Assembly (NCBI RefSeq): GCF_001447785.1
Contig: NW_015164666.1
Location: 1,413,971 to 1,477,970 of the forward strand
Reading direction: 5' to 3'
Length of the DNA stretch: 64,000 nt
Source: Gekko japonicus
Taxonomy: Eukaryota
The notes under the pieces were generated by a model. The model was not told where the DNA came from and made no database searches. It saw only the letters and a list, made by a program, of their open reading frames with translations. The translations under genes and the position numbers were made by a program. This document shows, piece by piece, positions 1 to 24,090 of this stretch; the first letter of the stretch is position 1; each line of letters starts with the position of its first letter.

Positions 1-439
1 TAGCTATTAGTGAACCTGGAACAGGAGTGAGGATACACAATACAAAAATCTTTCAAAGTTACAGAAGCAAAAGTCATGGAATTATAGAGGGAATGTAGAA
101 ATGCAAGATGAGGAAAAGAGTCTAGAAAGATAATGTGATGGGTGAAGAGAGCAAAGGTATATCTACAAACAGATAAAACAGCTACAACTTGGTAAAGAGG
201 GTTATACATGGTGGTCATTGATGAAAGGAGGAGGATTAACAATTGCAAACCTTGAAGAGAGAAACAAATGCAATAATCTATACCTGGTGGGGCTCCAAGT
301 ACAATGGAAGGGAAGGATGTAATTTCATTCATAGGGACTCTACTGAAAGAACAACTGGAACTCTCAGATTCTCTAATCTTTTATCACCCCATTTACTATG
401 GACAGGCTTTTGCCGGAGGAAAGATACATGGGATTGGTG

Positions 440-930
440 ATTCCTATGTGTGTTTATTCAAGCTTGGACCGGTCCAGATTTGACATTCAACCATAATCAT
501 TACTACATTTGACCTGATGAAGTACTTCTGTTGAAACGGGCAGAAATCTGGTTGTTTGTAAAGTCTCATCTTCTGATCTTCTGATTGCTATTCTCCTGAA
601 TGTTTTTCATGGAATAATTGGACATTACTCCACTGGGAAGTTATATTTTGGATTTGGTCAATACCGTTTTGATTCCACATTATATGCTGAGTTCTCTTGA
701 CATCATTTACTGTGATTTAATATGTATCAGTATGTTAGGAGGTTCTATAACTTTAATGGTTGTATTGATACTTGTATTTCTATCTAGTTTTGTTTGAATT
801 TGTAATTATTTGTTATCTTATGGATAAAAGAAACATACAAGCTTTCTGTGCTATAAATATTTATTATTGCTATAAAGATTTACACATATCATTAGTGACA
901 TATCTGTTCAGCCCTGCTTGCAATGCTTCA
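440..930 (+). mobile_element. Probable Penelope-like element 3' region
   Basis: CTGATGA...GAAAC hammerhead-like core at 514-537 followed by a long T-rich UTR-like tract. Confidence 0.4.
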
Positions 931-1039
931 CTTTCTCTCTTTGGATCATTCTGCACCACAGTCTTATTCTCAAGTCAACAGAGTGGGCACATAGATCCTT
1001 CAGAGTCCCAGCAATTATCTTTTATGTTATACCAGCATG

Positions 1040-1330
1040 GAAGATATAATGCACAGGCCAAGAGAGAACGGATGGTTTACCCTTTGCAGCCAATTTACAA
1101 CATGGAAAAAAGCCCCCTCCCCCATTTCTCAACCTGGTATGATAGAATTTGGGAAACAATAATTATGGGAAATGTCATCACAATTAGAAGGCATGGCTAT
1201 TCTACATTATACTACTAGTTTTCTAGAAAATCTACATTTTTGAAGTGCATGGATGCAGCAAAAGTATACCTTTGACTCTAGTTCAGTTTTTATCTATTGG
1301 GGGAAAGTCTGTGATACAGTTATAACATAC
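1040..1330 (+). mobile_element. Degraded L1-like LINE ORF2 C-terminal fragment
   Basis: Translation PLPHFSTWYDRIWETIIM resembles the W..P....W...IW....M motif of non-mammalian L1 ORF2 ends. Confidence 0.45.
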
Positions 1331-3103
1331 TGTTGCACAGGTCCAGTCCTCAGTTTCTATGCCCTGTCATTATTGCATACATATTCTTATCATCTGATTC
1401 GTTGCAGCAGCCTATCTCCTGTCCCTACTCTCAGTCCCCCACCCTTGATAATTTGAGGAGCAGGATTAAAAATGGGGGGGGGGATGGCATCAGCGGAAAC
1501 AGTTTAGGAATTTCCCACATTTTTATGGTAATCACCATGGAAATTCCTAGAGTGTCTGCCAGAAATGACATCACATTTCCCCTGAAATTCCATCCTCCCC
1601 AGGTACTACCCCAAAAATCTCTCAGCATGTGCCAGTGCAGTGTTGGCTGAGTTACCAACACTGAATTACCCTGTTGGGAGACCTGATGCAGCAAATCTGC
1701 TAAATTGCCTCTAATTTCCAGGGAACATCTTCTGCAAACCTCATCCCCCTACAATAAGACAGCACCTGAATCTCGCCTGACTCTGCTTAGAAACTCCAAG
1801 CTGTGCTTCTCAAATTGGAAATTACATGCTGAGGAATTGTGCTGATTTTCTAGTGGCAGAAAATTGGTAACAAAGTGGTTCCTGGAAATTTAGGAAGTAC
1901 AATGGGGAAAGGAAATGGGGTGGGGTGATGTAAACTGTTACTATATTGGCTGGCAGCTCTGTAGCCTTATCAGCTTTTCTACTGGCAAAAGAGGAAAGAG
2001 GAATTCTTTTAAACCACCAAAAAAGGCTATATTGGGGTTGCTGGACCAATGTGGACAAAGGGGGGGGACAGGAAGGAGGGGGATTGGGCCTGATGAAGCA
2101 GGAAAACTGGAAGGATGCAGCCCTCTGCTATAACGGTTGGCAGTAGCACCACAATTGAATAGTGAAGAACTACCCTTACATGGATTTCTCTTATAGCACC
2201 TGGAAGAGCTTCTTTAAATTCATTGCCAACAAGTTCCAGTGTCACCGTTCTCATTACATCATCCCAAAGGTCTCCCTACTTTTTATCCTTAGCTTGATCA
2301 TCTACTTGTGTAAATATTTGTTCAATTTCCTTTAAATGTACAAGCCTGTACAAAGCAGATCACTGGAATGTATGAGAAGTTGGAAGTCAGTGAAACATTA
2401 GGTAATGGGAGGAAGAGGAGAAAAATTCTGAAATCAAGGGAGACGGGGGATATTAAAAATGGTTACGTCTTCCTAAAAACTCACAATAAATAATACAAAA
2501 AGTATACATACTTATTTTATCAGTGGAGAAAAGGGATGAGCTCCTGGGCTCCCACCATGTTGTAACAAGAAGGTCCCATATGTGGCCTCAGGCTCCAGAG
2601 TCTGTCCCACCCAGATGCCACACTTATGCACAGGTATGATTTCTTTTACCAGCCTGACTAGTATGGATACAGTATGGCAGCCCCTCTCCCATAGAGCTGA
2701 GAGGAGGTCTCTCCCCAACCATCTTCACATGGCCTGTTATTTGCCTCTTTGAGCCAAATTACTCTGTGATACAATTATAGGCTTATGCTTTGGCCCTACA
2801 GTGTAGCTAGTGGGCTGTTTGTTTTGTTTTTTAAATCATCCTCTGCATATTTAACTGGTTCAGAAGTGTCCCTCCCCCAGGCTGCTTTAAGCTTCAGTAA
2901 AAAGTCCACACATCAGTAAAAAGTCCTTCCATGGTCTCACTGGTACAACACATACAAAAATAACACCCTGGTGTCGAGCTTGCCTCAAATTTAACAAGGG
3001 CAGTCTTTTGAAGAACTAACAATAGTGTCTTAAACTGTATCCACTGTTCTATAAGCACAAATACAAACAGAAAATGAGATTTATGCATTTGCTAATGAGG
3101 CAG

Positions 3104-3450
3104 TGGCTGCGGTGGCTCAAGTAGTTAAGACGCTGAACTGCAGGCTGTGGAAGGTCGGTAGTTCGGCAGTTCGAGACCTGAGTGTGCCGCATGATGGGGT
3201 GAGCTCCCGTCTCTAGTTCCAGCTCCTGCCAACCTAGCAGTTCGAAAGCAAGAAATTGCAAGTAGATAAATAGGTACCTCTTCAGTGGGAAGGTAACAGC
3301 GTTCCGTGCGGCTTGGTGTTTAGTCATGCCGGCCACATGACCACGGAAACATCTTCGGACAGCGCTGGCTCTTCGGCTTTGAAACGGAGATGAGCACCAC
3401 AACCCTAGAGTCGGATTCGACTGGCTTTTGAGCAAGGGAACCTTTACCTT
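3104..3450 (+). mobile_element. Sauria SINE (Squam1), full length
   Basis: tRNA-like head; body GCTCCTGCCAACCTAGCAGTTCGAAAGC...GTAGATAAATAGGTACC; (ACCTTT)n tail; TSD TAATGAGGCAG 3093-3103 / TAATGAAGCAG 3451-3461. Confidence 0.88.
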
Positions 3451-3654
3451 TAATGAAGCAGCCATTTGAAAGACAACAAACCAGATGATCCAAAGAATTT
3501 AACCTAACAAAAGATATTTGTAAGTTTCAGGAGAATCTCTCATTGCTATATGTTTTTATTCTTGATAGTGCCTTCTGCTGGTCCAGTATTTCCTATGGTG
3601 ATGCCTTAATAATGCATTTAGGACTGTTCCAGATGGTTCAGCAAAAGAATATTC

Positions 3655-4066
3655 CAGGGGTCCCTACTGTGTTGTCTGTGATCCCCATGGCACCCACGGT
3701 AGCTTTCCTGGTGCCCACCAAGTGTTTTTAGAAAGTGGGTGGGGCCAGGTGGGGTTCTTCTCTAGCAGGGCTTCTGATTGGCTAATGGAGACTTGATTGG
3801 CTGGCAAATTTAAATAACATTGTTTTCGCGACAGCTGCCAGCACAGTGTTGGTTTTATTCTCTTTCACACTTCTCTTTCTCAGTGCATTAAAAAAATATT
3901 ATTATTATTCCCTGCACTTGGGCTTCCTCTGTGTATGGTTCCACCTCCCAGGCAGCCATTTTATGGTTGGCTTTGCCTCCCATGGCAGCCATTTTGTGGT
4001 TGTGCCCACCAATCTGTATCAGGATTCCAAAGGTGCCCAGAGGCTCAAAAAGGCTGGGGACCTCTG
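3655..4066. mobile_element. Non-autonomous hAT-like DNA element
   Basis: Termini CAGGGGTCCC...GGGACCTCTG; internal homology with the copy at 5482-5969. Confidence 0.7.
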
Positions 4067-4983
4067 TCCCCAGGTGTGTGACAGTAAATGCTATAGATTT
4101 TAGAAAGAAGTTACAAATCCTGGTGATGAGCTGTTTACCAATAAATGTATGAACAATGAGATTATTTGTTTAGTATATTAGAAAGATAAACCAGAAAATG
4201 GCATTTAAAGAGCCACAGTGAAATTGTAAAAAAAAACCTTCTTGTCCTTGTAGATTCCTTGTAAACTTTTGTGAAAGCAGCTAAAAATGAGCATAGGTCT
4301 CTTTGGAGAAGCAGCCAGTAATGTTGAGAGCCTGCTTTATGAACTAACTGGACATATCCAATAGATCACACGGCTGGAGCTCGGTTCCTTTGAGAAGACA
4401 GCTGACAGGAGGTGGTATTAGTGGTACTCTTCAAGGACAGTCCCACATAAAAATGTGAGGCTGTAGACAACCATCAACATTACAGAAATATGAATAATGG
4501 TTCCTAAACTGAAAACAACATTTAACTATTGATGGAACTGCCATTTTGAAGTATTGGTAGACTACAGCCCTCTTCCTTTTTGTCTTTCTTTTTTTAAAAA
4601 CTGTAGATCAGATTTTTAAAACTGCAGCTTATGGTTACAAATCGTTCTATTGCTAGTCACTGTTAACTGGTGGAGAAGTTGAGGAAAAAATGCAGAGGAC
4701 CTTTCCAGAGTATGGGTGAATGTTGAATGAAAAGGTGACATGTTCTATGCTGTCTGTCAGTCAGCCACTGTGTTGGTTTAAGTTACAAAACTCTCAGTGA
4801 TACTGAGCATATGGAGTAGTGCTTGCTCACAACTTAGGAATCCTTTTGTAGGAGCGAAGTTTTAACTGGAAGCCTTTCAAACAGCCTTCTCAGTGTCTCC
4901 AGAAGGGTAGTGCACAACACAAGCTAGTATGCACTGCCTCCTTGTGGCCAGAAACAACAGTAGCTACTTTGGTAATTTCCCAC

Positions 4984-5201
4984 GTATGTGTGTAAAGTGC
5001 CATCAAGTCACAGCTAATTTATGGAGATCCCAGGAAGGGGCTTTCAAGGCAGGTGAGAAGCAGAGGTGGTTTGCCATTGCCTTCCTCTGCAAAGTTTTCC
5101 CTGATAATTTCCTTTTCCAAGTAGCAACCTAGCTTAGCTTCTGCGATCTGACAAGATTGGGCTGTATCACGCCGTCTTCCCTTCACACTTGTTGTTGTTG
5201 T
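4984..5201 (-). mobile_element. 5S rRNA-derived SINE (older copy) with RTE-like tail
   Basis: Minus strand reads GCCCAATCTTGTCAGATCGCAGAAGCTAAGC (5S-like), then GAGGAAGGCAATGGCAAACCACCTCTG...GACTTGATGGCAC and a CA-rich tail. Confidence 0.7.
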
Positions 5202-5209
5202 TCAGTCGC

Positions 5210-5358
5210 AGTCGAGTCAGACTCTTCGCGACCCCATGGACAAGATCACGCCAGGCCTTCCTGTCTTCCGCCGTCCTCTGAAGTTGGCTCAATTTCATGT
5301 TCGTTGCATCTATGACACTGTCTAACCATCTCATCCTTTGCCGTCCCCGTCTTCTTTG
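5210..5358 (-). mobile_element. BovB (RTE) LINE 3' end
   Basis: (CAA)n tail; TTCAGTCGC...GACTCTT.GCGACCCCATGGAC...CACGCCAGGCC...AACCATCTCATCCT matches the BovB 3' end; CACACT on both flanks. Confidence 0.85.
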
Positions 5359-5481
5359 ACCACACTACAGGCAGGCAAACTGGAGATGTTTTAAAAGTAT
5401 GCTATTCTCTGTGGCGTTTTCTCTATTCTCCAGATGGATTTGATTCACTTTCTTTCTGTATATTAAAGGATCCTCAAACAC

Positions 5482-5969
5482 CAGGGGTCCCCCAAAGTCC
5501 ATATTTGGTGGTATAAAATAGACACAGGCCATTTTCTACAACAGGACCCTAAATATGGGACCCCCTGGTGCCTGCCAAGCATTTTTAGAAAGTGGGTGGG
5601 GCCAGATGGAGCTTTCCTTTAGCGGGGCTTCTGATTGGCGACAGATGATCTGATTGGCCAAGTTTTAAAAGAACCCCAAAAGCATTGTTTTCAACAGCAG
5701 CTGCCGTCACAACACAAAGATCTTCACTGAGGCACTGAAGCCTCTGTATATATGCAAGAAAATATTTTAAAACAATATGTTTATCTTAAAAGGCCTCCTG
5801 TTAAGAAGAGCTTCTGTCTGAAATATTTGTGTGACTATTACAGTTATGCATAGCCTCACTTCCTGACATTTTGTGGTCGGCTCCTGCAGCAGCCACTTTG
5901 TCGCTGTGCCCAGCAATCTGTGTCAGAATTCCAGAGGCTCCCAGAGGCTCAAAACGTTTGAGGACCTCT
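5482..5969. mobile_element. Non-autonomous hAT-like DNA element (same family as 3655-4066)
   Basis: Termini CAGGGGTCC...GGACCTCTG; approximate 8-bp TSD TCAAACAC/TCCTACAC. Confidence 0.7.
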
Positions 5970-6002
5970 GTCCTACACCAATCTGTCCAGCTGTGCTTTC
6001 AT

Positions 6003-6052
6003 TTAAAAAAAAACATTGCATTTAAAAAAACATTGCATTAAAAAAAAACATT
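6003..6052. repeat. Short tandem repeat, about 3 x (TTAAAAAAAACATTGCA)
   Basis: Seen directly. Confidence 0.8.
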
Positions 6053-6440
6053 TTATAACAGTTTTATAAATGAGAAGCTATGAAGGGTCTTCTGGCATGA
6101 ACTATGGAAATCAAGTAAATCAATCCAAACATTTTTCCTTTTATGTTCTTGGGAACTGTGTTCTTTCTGTGGTAATTTGTAACAGCCAATTTCATATTTT
6201 AACCTATGAAAATTACAAAAGAGCCACCATGATGTAGTGGATAGAGAGGCTAGGATCTCAGAGACCACTCAATTATGGCATTTTCTGGGTCATCTTGGGC
6301 CAGATATACTCTCTTAGCTTAACCTAACTCACAGCATTTATTTATATTATTTATTTATTTATTGCATTTTTACCCCACAACACTATTTAACACTATTTAA
6401 AAGTGCTTTTTTTATTACATTCATAGCCTACTCTTCTTGA

Positions 6441-6744
6441 GAGCCAGTTTGGTGTAGTGGTTAAGTGCGCAGACTCTAATCTGGGAGAACCAGGTTTCAT
6501 TCCCCACTCCTCCACTTGCAGCTGCTGGATGACCTTGGGCTAGCCATAGTTCTGTCAGAGCTGTTCTCTCAAGGACAGTTCTGGAAAGAGCTCTATCAGC
6601 CCCACCTACCTCACAGGGTGTTTGTTGTGGGGATGGGAAGGGAAAGGAGATTGTAAACTGCTCTGAGACTCCAAGTGAAGGGCGGGGTATAAATCCAATC
6701 TCCTCCTCCTCCTCTTCTTCTTCTTCTTCCTCCTCCTCCTCCTC
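6441..6744 (+). mobile_element. tRNA-derived SINE (Squam3-type) with (TCC/TCT)n tail
   Basis: A box TGGTGTAGTGG, B box-like GGTTTCATTCC, core CCCACCTACCTCACAGGGTG. Related copies at about 7300-7532(-), 13975-14100(+), 32045-32290(-), 53007-53275(-). Confidence 0.85.
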
Positions 6745-6844
6745 AGTGCTCAGAGCATACTTCATGGTCCTTATTTTATCCCCACAATAACCCAGATCCA
6801 CCAAGGCCAAATCAGAAACTTGGCATACAGAGGCAGACTCCCTG

Positions 6845-6942
6845 TAATTAATACTTTACGGCAATCATAATATTTTGGTTGTTTTGTAAGTGTTAACTTA
6901 CAAAATAACCAAAATATTATGATTGCCGTAAAGTATTAATTA
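6845..6942. repeat. Near-perfect inverted repeat, 47-bp arms, 4-nt loop
   Basis: 6845-6891 is the reverse complement of 6896-6942 with one mismatch. Confidence 0.95.
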
Positions 6943-7299
6943 TAAAGCCAAGAAAACATAATTATATATCTCTTGTTCATCGTGGATTGAGTCTTCTTAC
7001 AGATGGGTATTGTATTAAATTGGCCTCTCTTTTTAAAGCCCTCCACCAAGCGCACCAAATTTTCTGTTCTCAGGAGCTTTCAGTTTAAATACATCTGACT
7101 AATGGTAGAACACTCCAGTGCATCTGATGAAGTGAACTCAGAGAAGGTTATCCTGGTATAAAAATTGTTAGTGTTCAAGGTGCCACTAGACTCCTGTTTT
7201 GTTTTGATTATGGAAGGCATTACACGGAGTGCAAACCCATCAGCTTCTTGCATAGTGAAGATCCACTTGCTGCATTTGAAAAAGTGGGTTTTAGACGAT

Positions 7300-7532
7300 A
7301 AGAGATTGGATTTATGTCCTGCCCTTCACTACCTGAAGGAGTTTCAGAGCAGCTTACAATCCTTTTCCCCTCCCCTCCCCACAACAGACACCCTGTGATG
7401 TAGGTGGGGCCGAGAGATCTCTCTGGAGAACTGTTCCTGAGAGAACAACTGACCCAAGGTCACCAGCTGGCTGCATGTGGAGGAGTGGGGAATCAAACCC
7501 AGTTCTCCCAGACTAGAGTCCATGTTCCTAAC
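7300..7532 (-). mobile_element. Squam3-type SINE
   Basis: Reverse-complement homology to 6441-6744. Confidence 0.8.
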
Positions 7533-7917
7533 TGTTATGTTCTGAGTTATTTCTAAGCTGTTTGGCTATGGTTTGTGTTACGGTATCCTAGTTTCCTCTG
7601 TTGTGATTGGCTGTGTAATAAAGACCTTCTAGTGGTCCTAAAGCCATACAGAGAATCCTATCAGAAAGCTCCGCTTAGGACCAATCAGAACTCATGAAAG
7701 TAGTTACATTGTATATAGTTCAGTTTGGAACAGTATAAGTTTGGATGCCGCTCTTCGCAGAGGCAAATTAGAGCTGAGTAATGTTCTGAATAAAAGCCAC
7801 TTGTTCCTTTGGTTCTGATTCCTTGCCCTTTCCTCTTTCTTGTGGAGATCCTCAGCTACATGCTCTGAAAGCAGGAGACTTGCTGTGGCCAGGAGGGCAT
7901 TTCCCTTCCCCATAACA
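7533..7917 (+). mobile_element. Probable solo LTR
   Basis: Inverted ends TGTTATG...CATAACA with internal CCAAT, TATAAG and AATAAA in LTR order; no clear TSD. Confidence 0.6.
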
Positions 7918-8922
7918 AATGTGCATACACACTCCCCCCCCCCAGTGCACCAGGGAGCTAGGAGAGAAAGCAGCAGCCTGTGTCCCCGTCGCCTCTGCCG
8001 TGGCTCTTTTTCCAGCTAGGGAACCAGCCACAAGCTCAAAAGGGAGACATCACTGGCTTGCAGGCAGTGGTGCCCAAAGGGAAGGGATGTAGTCTCAGCT
8101 CCTGCTTGGCTCCTGCAGCGGCCTTGATGCTGCCTTCCCTCTCTGCCACATCCTGCCAGGACCTACTGCAGCCACCTGGCCTCCGCTCACAAGTGTTCTC
8201 CAAGTCCTGCACAGCCTCTCTCCCCCCTCTTCGGACATCTAGTTTCTGTGGTCCACCTGCAGCAGCAGCTGCTCTCCAAGCTGGTGTCTCTGCATAATGT
8301 GGTGTCTGGAACTGCTTGGAACTGAAGTAGAAAACACCACACATTTATGTGTCCGGTATTTTCTCAATCCCGACCCCCCCCCCCCCCCGACAGAACAGTC
8401 AAATACTGAAATGGCCGGTTCGAAACAGGACAGCTGGCCACTTTACTGGCAGCTTGCAAGAGTGGAAAATCTGATTGCTTCCATTTGAAATGCAATCTTT
8501 CTGATTAAAAAAAAACATGTACAGGTAAAGAACAGCTTACAAAAATCCATCCTCTTTTGAGCCCGAAATAAGGATGGGTGTAAGAAAAGCAAACCATGCA
8601 GATCCTGGATGACCTAGAAAGGAGACACTTAAAAAAAAAATGCATGCAACCATGGTAGCCTTTTATAGGAAATAAAATGTTAGGATGTTCTTAAAATGTC
8701 TTAATCTTCATTTTAAGAGGGAAAAACAGAAAAGAAGGTGGGACTAGCAAGTGATCAAAGACTGGAAACATCTTCTGCTGTTCCCAGTCATGGGGAGGCG
8801 GGCCATGAGATGATAAGGACAGATACTGAGGAGCTGGAAGTGATTTCTGTTATTCTGTGGTGTGGAGACCAAGCGTGGGAAGTAAAAGGTTTTCCTCATT
8901 TGCTCAGCTGGCTGCTTTCATC

Positions 8923-20704
<11,782 letters not shown>

Positions 20705-21051
20705 NNNNNNNNNNNNNNNNNNNNNNNNNNNNNNNNNNNNNNNNNNNNNNNNNNNNNNNNNNNNNNNNNNNNNNNNNNNNNNNNNNNNNNNNNNNNNNNN
20801 NNNNNNNNNNNNNNNNNNNNNNNNNNNNNNNNNNNNNNNNNNNNNNNNNNNNNNNNNNNNNNNNNNNNNNNNNNNNNNNNNNNNNNNNNNNNNNNNNNNN
20901 NNNNNNNNNNNNNNNNNNNNNNNNNNNNNNNNNNNNNNNNNNNNNNNNNNNNNNNNNNNNNNNNNNNNNNNNNNNNNNNNNNNNNNNNNNNNNNNNNNNN
21001 NNNNNNNNNNNNNNNNNNNNNNNNNNNNNNNNNNNNNNNNNNNNNNNNNNN
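20705..21051. other. Assembly gap (347 N)
   Basis: Run of n. Confidence 0.99.
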
Positions 21052-23897
21052 ACAAGAATCCAATGCTTTTAGGCTTTCCTGGGGTATTTTACTTGTTTTG
21101 CTTTATTATGGAACCCCATTTCTGCCCCTAACCCATCCATATTAACTTTTTGTAGCATCAAACACTTCAGGGCCAAGATTAGACTGCAGTGTTTCCAGTT
21201 GCAATTTCAACATGATTTATCCTGTATAAGAAATGCTGTTAGTCATATCATCTTTACAACACAGAAATGCAAACATGTTTTACTTCTAGGTACCAGCTGC
21301 ATACTACAGATCATAGTAGTATGCATGTAGAAATTTTCTAATAATGTGGAGGTAAAAGCTGCTACAGTCCATAGGATATACTCAAATACATTTGCATAGG
21401 GCTGCCTCTTTGGTGAAAGAGCATAAAACTTGTTGAAGAAGCTAACTGAGAGCTGGAACAGAAAGAAGTCCCCAAACAGCAGAAAGCTAACTTCTAGAAA
21501 GTACCCATCTATAGATTAGAAAAATGGTATAATTATAGGGGATGTTGGCCTCAATTATTTAATATTTTTGTAACTAAAGCATGTTAATGTTGTTTACTGT
21601 ATGACAGATCATAAAACTTCATAGGTAATCCAATTTATAAAACCCCTGCACCCAATACTTGACCACACTATCAAAGGTTCTCCCTAAGATTGTTGGAGCC
21701 CTTAGTAAGGATGGAAAGGCCCCTTTATTAACAAGCTATCAATAGCACTGAAGCAAGAATGGAAGCTGTAAGATTGACACTGGCAGAACAATAATGCTGC
21801 CAGGCAGTGAATATATATTAGGTAAATCCAGAGTGCAGCCAGATAGTCTATTATAGCCAAATAAAACAGAAGTCCAGTGGTATGTCAACGACTTAGCATT
21901 TATTTGAGCATGAGCTCTCAGGAGCGCTCACTTCTTCAGAAGCAGAAGATCCAAGCCAGAATCACATATTTCTGTCTTTTAAATACTCAATCTGAACATC
22001 CCTTTCAAAGGTAGACGTTTTTCCTGGTAGTAATATCCCTGTTACAGGGAAACGATAAACATCATTTTTTAATTGCAGTATAAACTGCTGCATACACCAA
22101 AATTTGTTAAGCTTACCATATCAACTTAAGCAGTGTCATTCTGAATGATAACAGATGAACTATAACAGATGAAAGGGAGCTGCTTAAAGCTGAAATCCTG
22201 TGTCCATGTAACCACAACTGAAAGCCAACTAATATAGTTAGGCTTATTTCTGAATTAAGGCGTATATACTCATATTACATTAGCAATTCCCAACTGTTCT
22301 AACTTTATACAATGGTCTCATCTCAAAAACTATAGTTAACAGTTTCAAGTAAATGGGACCAGCACTCAATTCAGAAGACACATGCATTGCTGTCACTGTA
22401 AAATAAGTTTATTAGTTTTAATCTGTTGTATTTATAGTAACATTCCATAATATTGCATACTGTTCAAATGTGTGGATTTATTCAGTTAGTTTCCAGTTTG
22501 CTTTTAAAGATGTAGTATTAAGTTACGGATAATCATTTTATAACACAGTAACAAGAGTAAATGTAAAAACAATCCTTGTAAGATCTCCATAATCTTTGAA
22601 GTACTTTCATAATCTACATTTTATCTTCAAAGGAATTTGCAGAGAAATAGGACCAAAATACTACAAGGTAAATTATCAGGCTCAAGCTGATTATTCTAGT
22701 TAACAATGGACAATTTTTTTTCTTCAAGAGACTGATCTACAAAATTTTCTAAATGTAAACCTATTTGAATGAAAGCCAGTTACTTCTCTGCCACTATTTT
22801 AAAAGGGAAGCCATAAAAGCAAAATAAAGAAATTTTCAAAAATGAAGTGCAGGAATGGAAAAAAATATTTAGTAGAAAACTAGAAGGCTTTATATATCTG
22901 AAATATCTTGCAGAACACATACTTGGCATGATTGCATAGATTAAATAATCATAATCCAAATTCAAGCAATTATGTGAAAATTTCTTTTAACCAATACTAG
23001 GAAAACACTGAACTAGTTAAAGTATTTTGAGACTTTTTAAAGAACCTCAAATTAGAATCACAGTTCTAGAGGACAGTACAGAGTACAGGTGACATTCTTA
23101 TGTGTTCTGCCTAAAGGCTACATCTGCAGTTCTCCTGATTATACAAGGCTTCTGTCTCATATGTAAAAGAACAAAATTCATGTTCAAATGTTATGTAGTA
23201 ATATTTAAGTTCAAAATTAAACATGTCAACATTACATCTTCACCAAATGGGATATTCTAATTTGTAACACTAGAAAATCCTTTTAGGTTTTTTTTTAAAA
23301 GCATTCTTCTCTTTGAAAAATAGGGAAGAACAGGCACAACTGGCAATTTTGTAACAGAATAAAAAGCTTTTTAGAAGCAATGGAATATCCTGTCAATGCA
23401 GATCAATTTTTACATACTAGAATTATTCTGATCATATTTCATTATTGTTTCTTTAGCTTGCCTTTAAATGAATGTCAGGAGACAAATATTAAGCTACAAT
23501 TAAGAGAATAAATTCACAATTAAGAGTTGTCACTTTAAAGTTCTGGATAATGGTACTTTCCTACACATTCCTTTCCCTTACAATACTCTGTTTCCATTGA
23601 AGTACTTGAGGCTGTTTTCTTCAGCTACAGCTGTTTGAGTAATTTACAGATGACTATTAACCTTATAAGAGCTTCTTCAACAGCAGTCTTCAACACCATA
23701 ATCCTGGATAGTGCTGGTATGTGGCTTCCAAGACAAATTGTGGTCCCAATCCAGAGTTCCACATGCACAGCACAAAGTTATATATCTGCTCCTGCATTTG
23801 CCATTTCCATAATGGAGTATGAAGAGCAGAAGCTTCTCATAGACTCAAGTAAGTATTCAGAAAGCACAGACCACTTGGACACTCTTGCACCCTGCCT

Positions 23898-24090
23898 CAG
23901 GGGCTGTGGTGTAGTAGTAGAAAATCTCCTTGGCATGCAAGAAGTCCTAGGTTCAATCCCCAGAATCTCTGGTTAAAAGGATCAGGTTGGAGGTGGTGTG
24001 AATCATTTCTCCCTAACCCACTGCCAGACAAAGTAGACAATGCTGACCTCGACAGACCAAGGGTCTTCTGACTCAGTATAAGCCAGCTTT
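23898..24090 (+). mobile_element. tRNA-derived SINE (Squam2-type)
   Basis: B box GGTTCAATCCC and tail GACCAAGGGTC...TCAGTATAAG.CAGCTT; related copies at 30531-30718 and about 62850-63020. Confidence 0.75.

Noticed and set aside
1-5000. GPRC6A exons expected upstream of FAM162B by synteny; possible decayed coding sequence at about 4070-4560
   Set aside because: No class C GPCR-like translation seen; the 4070-4560 stretch has stops in the frames I read and I could not assign it.
6441-6515. tRNA genes (also about 23900, 30531, 52380)
   Set aside because: A/B boxes are SINE heads; no complete cloverleaf, and each continues into a repeat body.
6421-6810. ORF with a poly-Glu run
   Set aside because: Antisense reading of a SINE and its (TCC/TCT)n tail.
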